A stretch of 64,000 nt of DNA from a virus (IMGVR_UViG_3300011442_000002:11825-75824), one strand, 5' to 3'; positions 19,053-28,885 are shown, numbered from the stretch's first letter. Notes: generated from the letters alone by a model not told the origin. Translations and numbers: made by a program.

Positions 19053-19295
19053 ATGTACTTTAAGTTCAAGTATAAGACTAATGGCGGACACACGCATTAC
19101 CGTCTGTTCGCTGGAAATAATGAGTTTGCCCTAGGACTTGCTGGTCCTAGTCAAACTCTAAGAAATGAAGAATGGGAAGCTTTTAAGTACATTTTAGAGG
19201 CTGGCACCATTCCAGATTTAGATACAGCTCAAGAAATAAACTTGGAACAGAATAACACTGTAGAGTTTGTCGAACAGGATGGCTGGCTATGGTAG
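19053..19295 (+). CDS. hypothetical protein
   Basis: 80 aa ORF. Confidence 0.45.
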   Translation: MYFKFKYKTNGGHTHYRLFAGNNEFALGLAGPSQTLRNEEWEAFKYILEAGTIPDLDTAQEINLEQNNTVEFVEQDGWLW

Positions 19296-19555
19296 ATCCT
19301 ACGGTACCAAATGGCATTACCCGTGAGGAATTTTTCATTCTAGTAACTCGCGCGGTTAATTCAGGACTGAATCCTGATAGGTTTTGGGCGCGCGTGCTAG
19401 AACTGCAAGATCGAGTTAGGCTCTACCAAGCCTGGTACATTGAATCAAAAGAGGTAGTGGCTCAAATTCTTAAAGATGAGCCGTTACCAGGCGAACGTAG
19501 TAGTGAATGGCCTTATCCTAAGGTAAGGCCGATTAAGGATAATCCACAAGCTTAG
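19289..19555 (+). CDS. hypothetical protein
   Basis: 88 aa ORF overlapping the previous stop. Confidence 0.45.
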   Translation: MVDPTVPNGITREEFFILVTRAVNSGLNPDRFWARVLELQDRVRLYQAWYIESKEVVAQILKDEPLPGERSSEWPYPKVRPIKDNPQA

Positions 19556-19852
19556 TGTAACAACTTGCCCTGTGGGCACTCTGTTAGCATTCAGATATGT
19601 AAATGTGTCTGTTTAGCTCGCGCAGTGCCCACAGGTAGCAGGTAGAGCGCTAGACCGGCCACGCCGCGCGCTCAGCGCCACGCTCCCGCGCTCGAATTTA
19701 ATTTATGTCTGGACGGTAAGGGTCAAGCCGTGGTAAAATAATTTCAGACGATGAGTGCAAGATTCACAGCTAGATTGCTGATTTAGGTATAATTCGGACA
19801 TACCGAACAAATTATACCTAACTGAACAATTTAGACAATAAGGACAAGAAAA

Positions 19853-20179
19853 ATGGCAGACATTGTCGTTCAGTATAGCATTGAATATTTTGCTTTCAAC
19901 CGGAAACCTAAATCCAACAAAGGTAAGACGGACAAACAGCACGATTGCCTATTCAATGAGCCTATTACGCTTTTTGGTGAAGGTCAATATGCATTAAACC
20001 GCGCTCAGCAATGGGTGCATGATGCAAATTTGGTTCGCTACGAAAAGCGGAATGCTGATGGCGTAGGTTTGGAACTAGATAACTTCTATGGTGAATTTAT
20101 TGACATAGAAGTTAGAAGCCAAGTTATTGTGCGGTTCCCATACCAAGTAGTGGAAGAAAAAGAAAAGGACGAAAGCTAA
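19853..20179 (+). CDS. hypothetical protein
   Basis: 108 aa. A TATAAT-containing hairpin lies upstream. Confidence 0.45.
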   Translation: MADIVVQYSIEYFAFNRKPKSNKGKTDKQHDCLFNEPITLFGEGQYALNRAQQWVHDANLVRYEKRNADGVGLELDNFYGEFIDIEVRSQVIVRFPYQVVEEKEKDES

Positions 20180-20321
20180 TTGTTCAACATGGTGCAGAAC
20201 GTGCCCTAAGTGTGCACACCAACCATTTGGAAACGCATAGAACGCCGTATGCGGGTGTGCACACCTAAGGTACGTTCTGCGCCGTGTTGTCCAATTACAA
20301 CAAGTCGAAAGACAGGACAAA

Positions 20322-20774
20322 ATGGAACTAGAAAAAGAGATTTACATGACCGACGATGACCTAACGGTTGTTGTCGGTACATACGTTAGACGTAACATGC
20401 AAAACACAGACTGTGATGTTTGTGGAGGTTTGATAAATGATCACGCATGGATTGCGCTTGGTGATCCGGACGGGCGCGTAGTAAAGTGCTCAAACCGCAA
20501 TGAAAAGCCAAGTGCAAGCCTAAGCTTTACTGAATATGTTGCATATAACGAGTATGGTGGCGTTGTGATGACATTTCCGCGGTTCCAGTTGGAATCGTGG
20601 TTGCTGGATTTCAACAGTAATGGCCGCCTAGCTCGTGGTTGTTGGGAGTTTATGAAAATGGACGAGGCTGGCGTTAAGGTTATTTGCGCTAGACTTTCTC
20701 CTGGTAAAACTCTCGATGGTAAAGATAACAATTGGAAAAGTTGGCAGTACACCTTTGTACCAAAACTATACTAA
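20322..20774 (+). CDS. hypothetical protein
   Basis: 150 aa. Preceded by GGACAAAATG. Confidence 0.45.
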   Translation: MELEKEIYMTDDDLTVVVGTYVRRNMQNTDCDVCGGLINDHAWIALGDPDGRVVKCSNRNEKPSASLSFTEYVAYNEYGGVVMTFPRFQLESWLLDFNSNGRLARGCWEFMKMDEAGVKVICARLSPGKTLDGKDNNWKSWQYTFVPKLY

Positions 20775-20793
20775 CAAAGGATAAAAACTGAAA

Positions 20794-21261
20794 ATGAAGA
20801 CTGCGATTATCGGCACAGTTATTCTACTGTTGCTAACGGCTGGCTCGTGTGACAAGACTGAGGGTAAGGCTAGTGAAATTTACCCTGGTTACACGTTTCC
20901 GGCTGATGTTCCACCAGGCTGTGTTGAGCCAGTAAAGCAAGGATTAGATTGGGTAACACTACATGCGCAATCTACCGATCCTCAGCTATCTGTTACTGTT
21001 TCGACGGAATCCGCAGAACAAAGTGTAGTGGACACAAAAGGACGTTATTTCCCGACTGGTGAGGTAGTAGAATCACCATTCTGTTCGTCCGTTCACTATC
21101 GGCCTGGTAAGCCGGTGTCTGTTATTATTAGGGCATCGTCGATTAACCGCAACCCGGCAGAAGTTGTTACTTGCTTCATTAAGAACAGGTTTGGTACTGT
21201 TCTTAATCAGTCAGTAGTATCTGGAAGTTCGCAAGCGGTTTGTAGCGTTACAGTTTCATAG
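20794..21261 (+). CDS. putative lipoprotein
   Basis: Signal peptide with lipobox (LLTAGSC). Confidence 0.5.
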   Translation: MKTAIIGTVILLLLTAGSCDKTEGKASEIYPGYTFPADVPPGCVEPVKQGLDWVTLHAQSTDPQLSVTVSTESAEQSVVDTKGRYFPTGEVVESPFCSSVHYRPGKPVSVIIRASSINRNPAEVVTCFIKNRFGTVLNQSVVSGSSQAVCSVTVS

Positions 21262-21335
21262 ACTGAATGTTCTGCATGGTACTCAGCAAAACTGAGTACC
21301 GTGTTCTTCATTCAGAAAATAGAATTGGAGAATCA

Positions 21336-21605
21336 ATGACTGAAACTACCGAAGTAAAAATGATGATGTTGTTTTGCAAGGGTTGTAGTGATATCTTTGC
21401 AATTCCATCTCGACGTGGTCGACCGCCCGAGTTCTGCAAGAATTGTGCTAAAAAGGACGAACTAGGCGAGCTACCAATAACAGAAACAGAGATTGAGAAG
21501 AAAGCTGATTTGCGTGCGGCTGCTGAGGCTAGGGTAGATCGGCTAGAAATGATGCTAAGAAGTACAGGTAACCACATTTCGCAACACCGCGACAAGTGGG
21601 AATAG
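21336..21605 (+). CDS. zinc-ribbon protein
   Basis: CKGC...CKNC. Start after the GGAGAA SD. Confidence 0.4.
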   Translation: MTETTEVKMMMLFCKGCSDIFAIPSRRGRPPEFCKNCAKKDELGELPITETEIEKKADLRAAAEARVDRLEMMLRSTGNHISQHRDKWE

Positions 21606-21619
21606 AAAGAGGTTAGAAA

Positions 21620-21853
21620 ATGGAAGACGTCTTTGTTGCGATTTACCCACTAAGCATGGGTAACCCGTCGAACAAGTTTCGTGTTGCCCGTAAGGTTAAC
21701 TGGCAGAAGTTCCTGGATAAGGAAACTGATGATTACCAGTTTACCGAGTTTGACAATTTGGCTGGCGCACTTGCTAGTCGAGACAAGCTAAACCATGATG
21801 CTGCTAAGAAAGCTAAGGTTGTTGTAGAAGACGAAGCGACCGAAGCGGCATGA
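21620..21853 (+). CDS. hypothetical protein
   Basis: 77 aa. Confidence 0.4.
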   Translation: MEDVFVAIYPLSMGNPSNKFRVARKVNWQKFLDKETDDYQFTEFDNLAGALASRDKLNHDAAKKAKVVVEDEATEAA

Positions 21854-22105
21854 GGTACTTAGTAGAGATTGAAGTAGAAGACAAGGAAGAACTTCCGCCA
21901 GATGCTCAAGATATTGATTTGAAGGATTTTCTGACGGATCACTTGTATGATCTCACTAAGCATCACGACGCCACTAAGTGGACTATCAAAGTTAAAAATG
22001 TGTCTCCTAAGTACATGACATATTAGTGACGTTACATTGTGCCTGTGGGCTTGCCTACAGACACAGTGTTGCATCACTAAAATGGAATCCGAGAAAGGAC
22101 AGAAA

Positions 22106-22835
22106 ATTGTCAGAGGAAAACAGCACAAATAAATGGCGTGAGATTGTTGAAAAACTTATGGCGAAAGCCGAAGATAAGGCAACAACTCAAGCCGAACGTG
22201 ATGCGATTGTAGATAAAGTAACACACTTAATGGCCAAGTTTGGCATTGAGCAAGATATGCTTAGAGCACAACGAAATGAAACTCCTAAGGTTGATATGCG
22301 CAGACTTATTGTGCACGCACCGTTTAGCCTTAAGAAAATGCTTATGCTCAACGCAATTGCCAAAGCTTTTGGTTGTTATGTGGTTAGGTCCGAAGAAAAA
22401 GCTAATGTCTTCGGTGTTCAGGAAGATATTGAGCGAGTGTTTATGTTATACTTCTCGCTCGTTATCCAGCTTATTACTGCAATGGAAGGTGCACAGGCAG
22501 AAAAGCCAGCATATGTGCACACTAGAACGTTTAACACTTCCTTTGTAGAAGGATATGTTGCTACTGTAATACAAAGAGTTAACGATGCTGCCGCTCGTGC
22601 TAGAGAAGATGTTAAAGCATCAGCGGCTGGTAGTGGTATGGAGCTAGTGCTGATTAATAAGGCACAGCTAGTTAAGCACGCAGTACATGATATATTTCCT
22701 AGGCTATCAAACATTAGAACTTCAACTAGTGTTAATAGTCGAGAAGGATACAACTCTGGTAGAGCCGCTGGTATGCGCGCCGATCTAGGTGGCACCAGAA
22801 TCGGACAAACGGCACGCCGAGAGATTGGAAACTAA
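22106..22835 (+). CDS. DUF2786-like protein
   Basis: N-terminal KLMAKAEDKATTQAERDAI..LMAKFGIE helical motif typical of DUF2786. TTG start after AAAGGA. Confidence 0.4.
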
Positions 22836-22836
22836 G

Positions 22837-23025
22837 ATGGCTGATCTAAGATCAATTCCAAAAGACGAACTACGGATAATGTTTGTAAAAGCTGCCCGTA
22901 GGGTATTTCTTCGTGATGTTGAGGCTAGAAAGCGAGCTAGAATGCATGAAATTGCTTTTCAGACTGGACTTTCTGTCGAAGGGGTATCAGGAATTTGGGA
23001 AATCGAAGATATGACTAGCGCTTAG
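22837..23025 (+). CDS. hypothetical protein
   Basis: 62 aa. Confidence 0.35.
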   Translation: MADLRSIPKDELRIMFVKAARRVFLRDVEARKRARMHEIAFQTGLSVEGVSGIWEIEDMTSA

Positions 23026-23098
23026 TGGCATTGCATGATACTCAGCTTGTCTGAGTATTGTGTTGTACCACTAAGAAAACTAACAAAAAGGACTAGAC

Positions 23099-23437
23099 AT
23101 GAAGGTACTAATAGTAAGGCCAATTTCAGATGAGGTAACTGCTGAAATGGTTGATGTTGATGTTAATCTAGAATGGCTGCAAAAGACCGTTGGTGGTAAC
23201 ATAGAACTCGTTTCCAGTGGATCTTTTGCTAGCTGGAATGCTTATTGTAATGAAGAAGGAAAACTGCTTAGGTTGCCGGTCAATGAAACAGCAACTCTTT
23301 TTGCTGAAGAACTTGGTTGGTTGGGTATTGGTGATGTACTAGTGGGTAATGTGGTTTTTCTCGGTCCTGCTGATAACTTCGGAGAAGATACCGCAGTGCC
23401 CGAGTGGCTGTTAGAGCAGTTTTTCCGTAATCGTTAG
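23099..23437 (+). CDS. hypothetical protein
   Basis: 112 aa. Confidence 0.45.
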   Translation: MKVLIVRPISDEVTAEMVDVDVNLEWLQKTVGGNIELVSSGSFASWNAYCNEEGKLLRLPVNETATLFAEELGWLGIGDVLVGNVVFLGPADNFGEDTAVPEWLLEQFFRNR

Positions 23438-23502
23438 TAGCATTGCATGGTACTCAGAGTAATCTGAGTGCTGTGTTGTACTACTAAGGAGAATGGACAA
23501 AA

Positions 23503-23673
23503 ATGAAACCAAAAATTAGCATTAGTCCAGAAGCACGAAAAGCTATTGGTGATGCTCAAAGCCGTTACCAAGAAATGTGTGAAAACCTTTATTCGGAAAT
23601 GGTTTATGAGCTATCTATGCGCTTAGGTCTGGAATACGATCTTGTAGAAAGAGTTCTAGACGAGGAGTTTTAA
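23503..23673 (+). CDS. hypothetical protein (56 aa)
   Basis: Unlisted ORF after AGGAGAATGGACAAAAATG. Confidence 0.35.
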   Translation: MKPKISISPEARKAIGDAQSRYQEMCENLYSEMVYELSMRLGLEYDLVERVLDEEF

Positions 23674-23776
23674 TGAAGTGTATAATTTGTAAGGCAAAGG
23701 AAAAGGATGGCGTAATCACGCACACTAAGACGTGTCCTGATTATGGACATAAAGATCACGAAACCAAGGTTCAATC

Positions 23777-23968
23777 ATGAAAAAGGACCCACAGGATGTC
23801 GGCTTAGACATTTTTCTTGATGACTGTGATCATCCTGAAGGTTATACTGATGAGCCGGTTGATTGTGACCATGTTCATCCAGCGTATTTCACACCTTGTG
23901 TAAAGCCATATCTTCATACTGATACGTTACATGAAGATAGTAATGCAAATACATGGTGGGAAGCTTAA
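23777..23968 (+). CDS. hypothetical acidic protein
   Basis: 63 aa. Confidence 0.4.
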   Translation: MKKDPQDVGLDIFLDDCDHPEGYTDEPVDCDHVHPAYFTPCVKPYLHTDTLHEDSNANTWWEA

Positions 23969-24026
23969 CTCGTGTTGATCATACTAGGCTTGACCTAGTA
24001 TGGTCATCCCAAGTTAAAGGAGAAAA

Positions 24027-24332
24027 ATGGTAAAACTAACAAGTAACAGGCCAAAACTATCTCGACCACCTCGTATGGTTGCTAATAACTCTACAACGAG
24101 AATGTCTGCACCAATGGATTGTGCTCATTGTAGTAGATTAATGAATAACTTTGCTGGTGGTTACAGTCGTGGACCAACGGGTCAAGTTTTGTGTCATCCT
24201 AATGCCACAGGCCGACCAGATTGCTACAAACTAGTAACTGTTTACAATCACGAAGTTCCTTGTACTGGCACAGTATGTTATGAAGATAACCATGATTTTA
24301 TGGAATACGTAGAAGGATACAAAAATGGGTAG
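24027..24332 (+). CDS. hypothetical protein
   Basis: 101 aa. Confidence 0.45.
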   Translation: MVKLTSNRPKLSRPPRMVANNSTTRMSAPMDCAHCSRLMNNFAGGYSRGPTGQVLCHPNATGRPDCYKLVTVYNHEVPCTGTVCYEDNHDFMEYVEGYKNG

Positions 24333-24771
24333 TTCTCCTAGTGGAATTCTGGTCTATGGGTATGACTTGGGTGGACCAGACTTTTGGAAGTTACAAGGTA
24401 CTACCGAAACTGGAGATTACTACAACTTTCCAGGTTTTGAAGGTCGACGTTTTAACGCAAATGATGAATATTTTGAGGACAGGCTGCTAGCTTTGGTTGG
24501 TATTCCTGACCTTGAGAATAGCACGTTTAAGCAACGTAATGAAGCAAAAGCGAAACTAGAAGTTGGTATTGAGAGATATGGCTCTTACGAGTACCCAAAT
24601 TACCTGCTAGGGGTTAAGCCTTTGCATGTTGTTTGGGATTACGGAGCTAAGCCGATCAATATTGATCTCGACCACGCTGCTAATATGAAGCTAGATGCCG
24701 CACTTGAGGTACTTAATATTACACCAATACAACTGGTACCTCGCTGGATTCTGGCTTGCTTTTACGGTTAA
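24325..24771 (+). CDS. hypothetical protein
   Basis: 148 aa. Confidence 0.45.
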   Translation: MGSSPSGILVYGYDLGGPDFWKLQGTTETGDYYNFPGFEGRRFNANDEYFEDRLLALVGIPDLENSTFKQRNEAKAKLEVGIERYGSYEYPNYLLGVKPLHVVWDYGAKPINIDLDHAANMKLDAALEVLNITPIQLVPRWILACFYG

Positions 24772-24837
24772 TTGCATTGCATGGTACTCAGCTCAGTCTG
24801 AGTACTGTGTTGTACAATTAACAGAAATGGAGTATTA

Positions 24838-25152
24838 ATGTCTCATAGTATTGAAACCACCAATCTGGTTATTCACCACAATTCTGACTATTCCGGATGT
24901 ATCTCTTTTAGCATTCCTGAAATAACTATGTACAATGCTGAAACTGCTGGACCAAATTTGACTGGTCCACGAATTGCGTATCATCCTAATGCAATTGGTG
25001 GCGATGATGCAATTGATGGCGAGTATGTGGTTTATATTCCGTTTCAGGATCTAAGAACTCTCTTCGCACACTATGTGCGCGATAGGGTTCAAGATCGTCT
25101 TGATGAAATAACAGATGATGATTTGCTAGATATTACAACTGCGCTACTTTAG
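24838..25152 (+). CDS. hypothetical protein
   Basis: 104 aa. Confidence 0.45.
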   Translation: MSHSIETTNLVIHHNSDYSGCISFSIPEITMYNAETAGPNLTGPRIAYHPNAIGGDDAIDGEYVVYIPFQDLRTLFAHYVRDRVQDRLDEITDDDLLDITTALL

Positions 25153-25218
25153 TTGCATTGCAGCCGACAGGTCTTGCACCTGTGGGTTGTTGTACAACTA
25201 ACAGAAAGGACAAAAAAC

Positions 25219-25434
25219 ATGATTGTTAGTGACCATCTAGAAAACATATTTCCACATTCAATTACTGATAGTCCAATGGTTGTACAACTTGCGATTTCAA
25301 ACTTGGTTCGAACTCCTGCGCCTATGTTTGCGGTCACAGTAGATATCAACGATAACCGGAAATGGACTTTATGGTTATCAGACAACAGCTTTAAGTACAT
25401 TCAGCACTTCACAGGCACTTTGGATCATGCTTAA
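25219..25434 (+). CDS. hypothetical protein
   Basis: Start after AGAAAGGACAAAAAACATG. Confidence 0.4.
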   Translation: MIVSDHLENIFPHSITDSPMVVQLAISNLVRTPAPMFAVTVDINDNRKWTLWLSDNSFKYIQHFTGTLDHA

Positions 25435-25654
25435 TCGATCAGCTTCAATTGATCAAGGCTCTGACCTGGGCAAATAGGATTTTTCAGTAAACCCTTGACA
25501 GCTTAGGTCAGTGCCTGTATGGTTTGATTACCAACGTGATGACAGTTCCCTGACGGAATGTCAACTAGTGCCTTGACAATTAAAGATTTATTAGACCATG
25601 CGCGCCCAAAGGGTTTTATGTCCATTTTACCTTTCGGTAGCTGCGCGTGTGTAT

Positions 25655-25680
25655 ACCATGGCATGAGACATGGTATACTG
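25655..25680 (+). promoter_or_regulatory. extended -10 promoter candidate (TGgTATACT) inside a 10-bp inverted repeat, upstream of the tRNA island
   Basis: GTATACCATG...CATGGTATACTGTAAT. Confidence 0.35.
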
Positions 25681-26017
25681 TAATGCCAAGTAATTAGCTG
25701 TTAGGGGTAACGGCTAATTGTAGGATGGCTGGCTCCTTATGGCGAAAAGTCCAGCCACATACTTTACTACTAAATGGATGCAAAAACGTAGGGGTGCGCG
25801 TGGATAACGCAACTTAAACGACACTGTGGTGTGCCCTACTAAGCAATGTGACAGTCGTATGGTACCGGAAGAGATTTTCGGACATCCCCGTTGAGGACAT
25901 GAAACAAAGACTGTCATATTTGCAATTTACGGTTGTGTGAAATATTAGGGACCGTAAATTGTTGGGGCGCGTGACCTAATACTAGAACTACACGAAACCC
26001 GCTCCACCAAAATAGTC

Positions 26018-26089
26018 GGACGCATAGCTCAGTGGAAGAGCATCGCTCTTACAAAGCGAGGGTCATAGGTTCAAATCCTATTGTGTCTA
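26018..26089 (+). tRNA. tRNA-Val (TAC)
   Basis: Hand-folded cloverleaf. D-arm GCTCAGTGGAAGAGC, anticodon stem TCGCT/AGCGA with loop CTTACAA, T-arm ATAGGTTCAAATCCTAT. Confidence 0.55.
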
Positions 26090-26324
26090 CAACAAATAGT
26101 GTTAGATCATTGACACTCAAAAAGTAATGATAAAAAATTTTTGGTGAAACCCCGGTAATTGATGTCGTTTAGGACTTAGTTATCGGGTTGCTGACCAAAA
26201 ATTGCGACGATAGCAACTAAAGGTTCCATTTTGAAGCCGCTGCCGCCCAGTAGACAATGATCTACTCCGTAGGTGATGGAAGAAGAGTTGCACTTATTAT
26301 CCTCCGAGCATTGGAGGTGACAAA

Positions 26325-26699
26325 ATGGGTACAAAAGCAAATTACGAAACAATGAACTATGCAGCCCGACGCGAGAGAATGGATAAATCGCGCCGTGCTG
26401 GACAACTTAACCGAATATATCGACGTGATGGTGGTATCTGTCAACTCTGCCACAGACCATGTAGTAGAGCCGATGCATCCCGCGATCATATCAAAGACTT
26501 TGCACTGTGTACTCCAGAAGAAGCAAAAGATGATGACAACATGGTACTTGCACACAAAGAGTGTAACAACAACAAGCATCACAAACCTGGACACAGTGTA
26601 GATGTTCGCGATAGAAATTCACACCTAAGCTTCACAATTCAAGAAGCATTTCCAGATTTTAAGTGGAATATAACAGATTTGCCTTCTGAGTCGGATTGA
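26325..26699 (+). CDS. HNH endonuclease (free-standing, homing-type)
   Basis: CQLCH...DHI...H..CNNNKH motif set. A sigma70-like promoter lies upstream and a terminator hairpin downstream. Confidence 0.65.
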   Translation: MGTKANYETMNYAARRERMDKSRRAGQLNRIYRRDGGICQLCHRPCSRADASRDHIKDFALCTPEEAKDDDNMVLAHKECNNNKHHKPGHSVDVRDRNSHLSFTIQEAFPDFKWNITDLPSESD

Positions 26700-26758
26700 A
26701 TCGATTATCTAATTACGAGTTCGAATCTCGTTATTGGTACCCGAAAGGTTTGCCAATA
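26688..26758 (+). ncRNA. modular structured RNA element, family copy 1 (GAGTCGGA...GATTATCT + T-arm-like hairpin)
   Basis: Shares the core with elements at 26910, 27146, 27226, 28896, 31057 and 31652. Overlaps the last codons of the HNH gene. Confidence 0.35.
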
Positions 26759-26850
26759 GCACGACGCATGGTAGCGTCAGCACGCGGCAACTAGTGTTTG
26801 TAGCGTGTTAGAAACAACGGTCGATTCTAAAACATATTCAGAAGCTAGTT

Positions 26851-26883
26851 CTACAGTAGTGTTCCGGCACTACTGTAGTTTTC
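26851..26883 (+). terminator. Rho-independent terminator
   Basis: 11-bp perfect stem CTACAGTAGTG/CACTACTGTAG followed by TTTTC. Confidence 0.6.
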
Positions 26884-26909
26884 ATTGTCAGACTTAGGGC
26901 TGACTTTAA

Positions 26910-26975
26910 ACACGGGTCGAACGTTAACGGTTATCTGGCAGAGAATCTTCCGTTAACAATAACATATCCGTGTCC
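26910..26975 (+). ncRNA. modular structured RNA element, family copy 2
   Basis: GGGTCGAACGTTAACGGTTATCTGG...CCGTTAAC, enclosed by ACACGG/CCGTGT. Confidence 0.4.
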
Positions 26976-27145
26976 TTAAGCTTGTTAGTGGATGCGACGC
27001 AATTCCGTTATTGGGTGTCGTAAGCGTACAGTGGAGGACAAGGTACGCATAATACAGTGTGCTAGTTGAGTCGACAGTAACGTCTACATTGTGAACAGTC
27101 GATAGTTATGCTTGTAGAGACTTAGCACACTTCTTAACTTAGCTT

Positions 27146-27190
27146 GGGTCGAAAGTAGTCGGTTATCTAACATATTGCTTCCCGACTACA
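27146..27190 (+). ncRNA. modular structured RNA element, family copy 3
   Basis: GGGTCGAAAGTAGTCGGTTATCTAAC...CCGACTAC. The stem covaries relative to the other copies. Confidence 0.4.
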
Positions 27191-27225
27191 CGCACATACT
27201 ATATCTAAGCGCTGAATTAAAGTTC

Positions 27226-27285
27226 GGGTCGAACGTTGATTGGTTAGCCTATTAAGCCGCTGGTTCCGGGTTCGAATCCTAGCAG
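27226..27285 (+). ncRNA. modular structured RNA element, family copy 4 (with GGGTTCGAATCC T-loop-like segment)
   Basis: GGGTCGAACGTTGATTGGTTAGCC...GGGTTCGAATCCTAG. Confidence 0.3.
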
Positions 27286-27361
27286 AGATTTAGTTATCTC
27301 TGTAGCTCAATTGGTAGAGCAGCGAAAACCCCGATCAACATACACACATCCGAACTATCCC

Positions 27362-27434
27362 ACCCACATAGCTCACCGGATAGAGCATCACACTACGAAT
27401 GTGAGGGTTGTAGGTTCAATTCCTACTGTGGGTA
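27362..27434 (+). tRNA. tRNA-Arg (ACG)
   Basis: Acceptor ACCCACA/TGTGGGT, anticodon loop CTACGAA, T-arm GTAGGTTCAATTCCTAC. Confidence 0.6.
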
Positions 27435-27590
27435 CGCAAGGAAATCGTGTCCGGCCGACATAGAAGGAATCGTGCATCGCCGATATTAATATGAAGGATG
27501 CACAAATTTTTCCAAATAGATGGCTTCGCGTCACTAGATGGAAAGTCAGTGAAGCCACCGGCACTGAATAAACTCTACCGGTGGCGCCTT

Positions 27591-27665
27591 GTGTCTTAAG
27601 TGTAATGGTTTGCACGAGAGCTTCCAAACCTCTTTGAGTGGGTTCGATTCCTACAAGACGCGCCA
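27591..27665 (+). tRNA. tRNA-Trp (CCA), CCA 3' end encoded
   Basis: Acceptor GTGTCTT/AAGACGC, anticodon loop TTCCAAA, T-arm GTGGGTTCGATTCCTAC. Followed by GCCA. Confidence 0.45.
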
Positions 27666-27723
27666 CAATTAAAAACACGGGACAAAGACATTACTCCAGA
27701 AAACAACTAAGTTCAGGAGTATG

Positions 27724-28885
27724 GATGAGTCAAGTAAAAAGAAGTACAAAGCTGGCGTTATCAGTAGTTCTCGCGTCAGTTCTAATCGCAATCGGATTTG
27801 CAGCTAGTGCTAGTGCTGCTCCATCTGGTTTGCAAGCAAGATTACAACTAGCAGAGGATAACCTGGCAAATTGCCAGTTATTGGCTTCTAATGCGACAGG
27901 TAACCAACTAACTAGAGCACAAAATTGTGTAGCAGATAACCAAGCGATCATTAACCTGATCAATGCTCAGTTAAATCCTACACCTGTACCAAGCACTAGT
28001 AGTACGTCACCTGCGCCTAGTGTGACGGTAACAACACCGGCACCTAGTACAACAACTCCAAGTCCTAGTCCTACTGTTACAACGCCGACACCTACACCAA
28101 GTCCCACAGGGCCGTCTACTACTCTGAAGAATTGCTTTAATTATCTTCACCAGTGTGGATATCCCGACCATGGCGATACCGGTGTACCAGTTGGCACAGT
28201 CTTAACTACGTATACTGGACCGGAAACGATTACCGTAGCTGGCACAGTTATCAATGGCAAGTCCATGAAATGTGTCAACATCAAGGCAGCAAATGTAGTG
28301 ATCCGCAATTCTAAGATCACTGGACCATGCTTCTACGGTGTTGAAATGATTAGTGGTTCTTTGCTTATTGAGTACAGCGAAGTAACCTGTGTTGATGGCA
28401 CTGGTACAGGCATTGCAGATGATGGCTTTACTGCAAGTCATGTATATGTTCATGATTGTGAGAATGGCTTTAGCTTAGGTAGCAACAATATAGTTCGCGA
28501 TTCTTATATTTCGGCTCGCGAAGCTACCTCAGCAGGTCATGGCGATGGTATTCAATCGGTTTCAGCAACAAACGTAACTATTCAGCACAACACGTTTGAC
28601 CTGTTTAACCCGGTAACATCGTCCATTATCATGGACAACCTGACGATGAAGAATCTTTTAGTTCGAGATAACTTCGTTTCGTCTGGTGCACTTACAATTT
28701 ATTGTCCAGAAGCTACTTCAAGCAACGTACAATACATTAACAACCGGTTCTATGGCCCAGTCGGTAACACAAGTATTGATCCACGACGACCGGCTTATGG
28801 TTATACTGATGGTTGCAACGTTGCGGCATTTATTTGGGTAGGAAACTACCGTGACTATGATTTAGGTGTAGTTAACAAGAGTTAA
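27724..28885 (+). CDS. secreted protein: signal peptide + Thr/Pro/Ser-rich linker + right-handed beta-helix (pectate-lyase-like) domain
   Basis: Start reset to MSQVKRSTKLALSVVLASVLIAIGFAASASA (signal peptide), then PTPVPSTSSTSPAPSVTVTTPAPSTTTPSPSPTVTTPTPTPSPTGPST, then NxxI/V-rich beta-helix repeats. Confidence 0.5.

Noticed and set aside
22418-22795. Minus-strand ORFs nested inside plus-strand genes (also 39959-40456, 51373-51741, 53261-53503, 55152-55779)
   Set aside because: Antisense to long, well-supported plus-strand genes in a uniformly plus-strand block. No RBS. Typical shadow ORFs.
27388-27678. 96-aa minus-strand ORF (and similar ORFs 29129-29341, 29629-29853, 34433-34648, 35134-35343)
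   Set aside because: They overlap well-folding tRNA genes. The peptides contain tRNA-derived strings (for example VGIEPT from the T-arm). Taken as noncoding.
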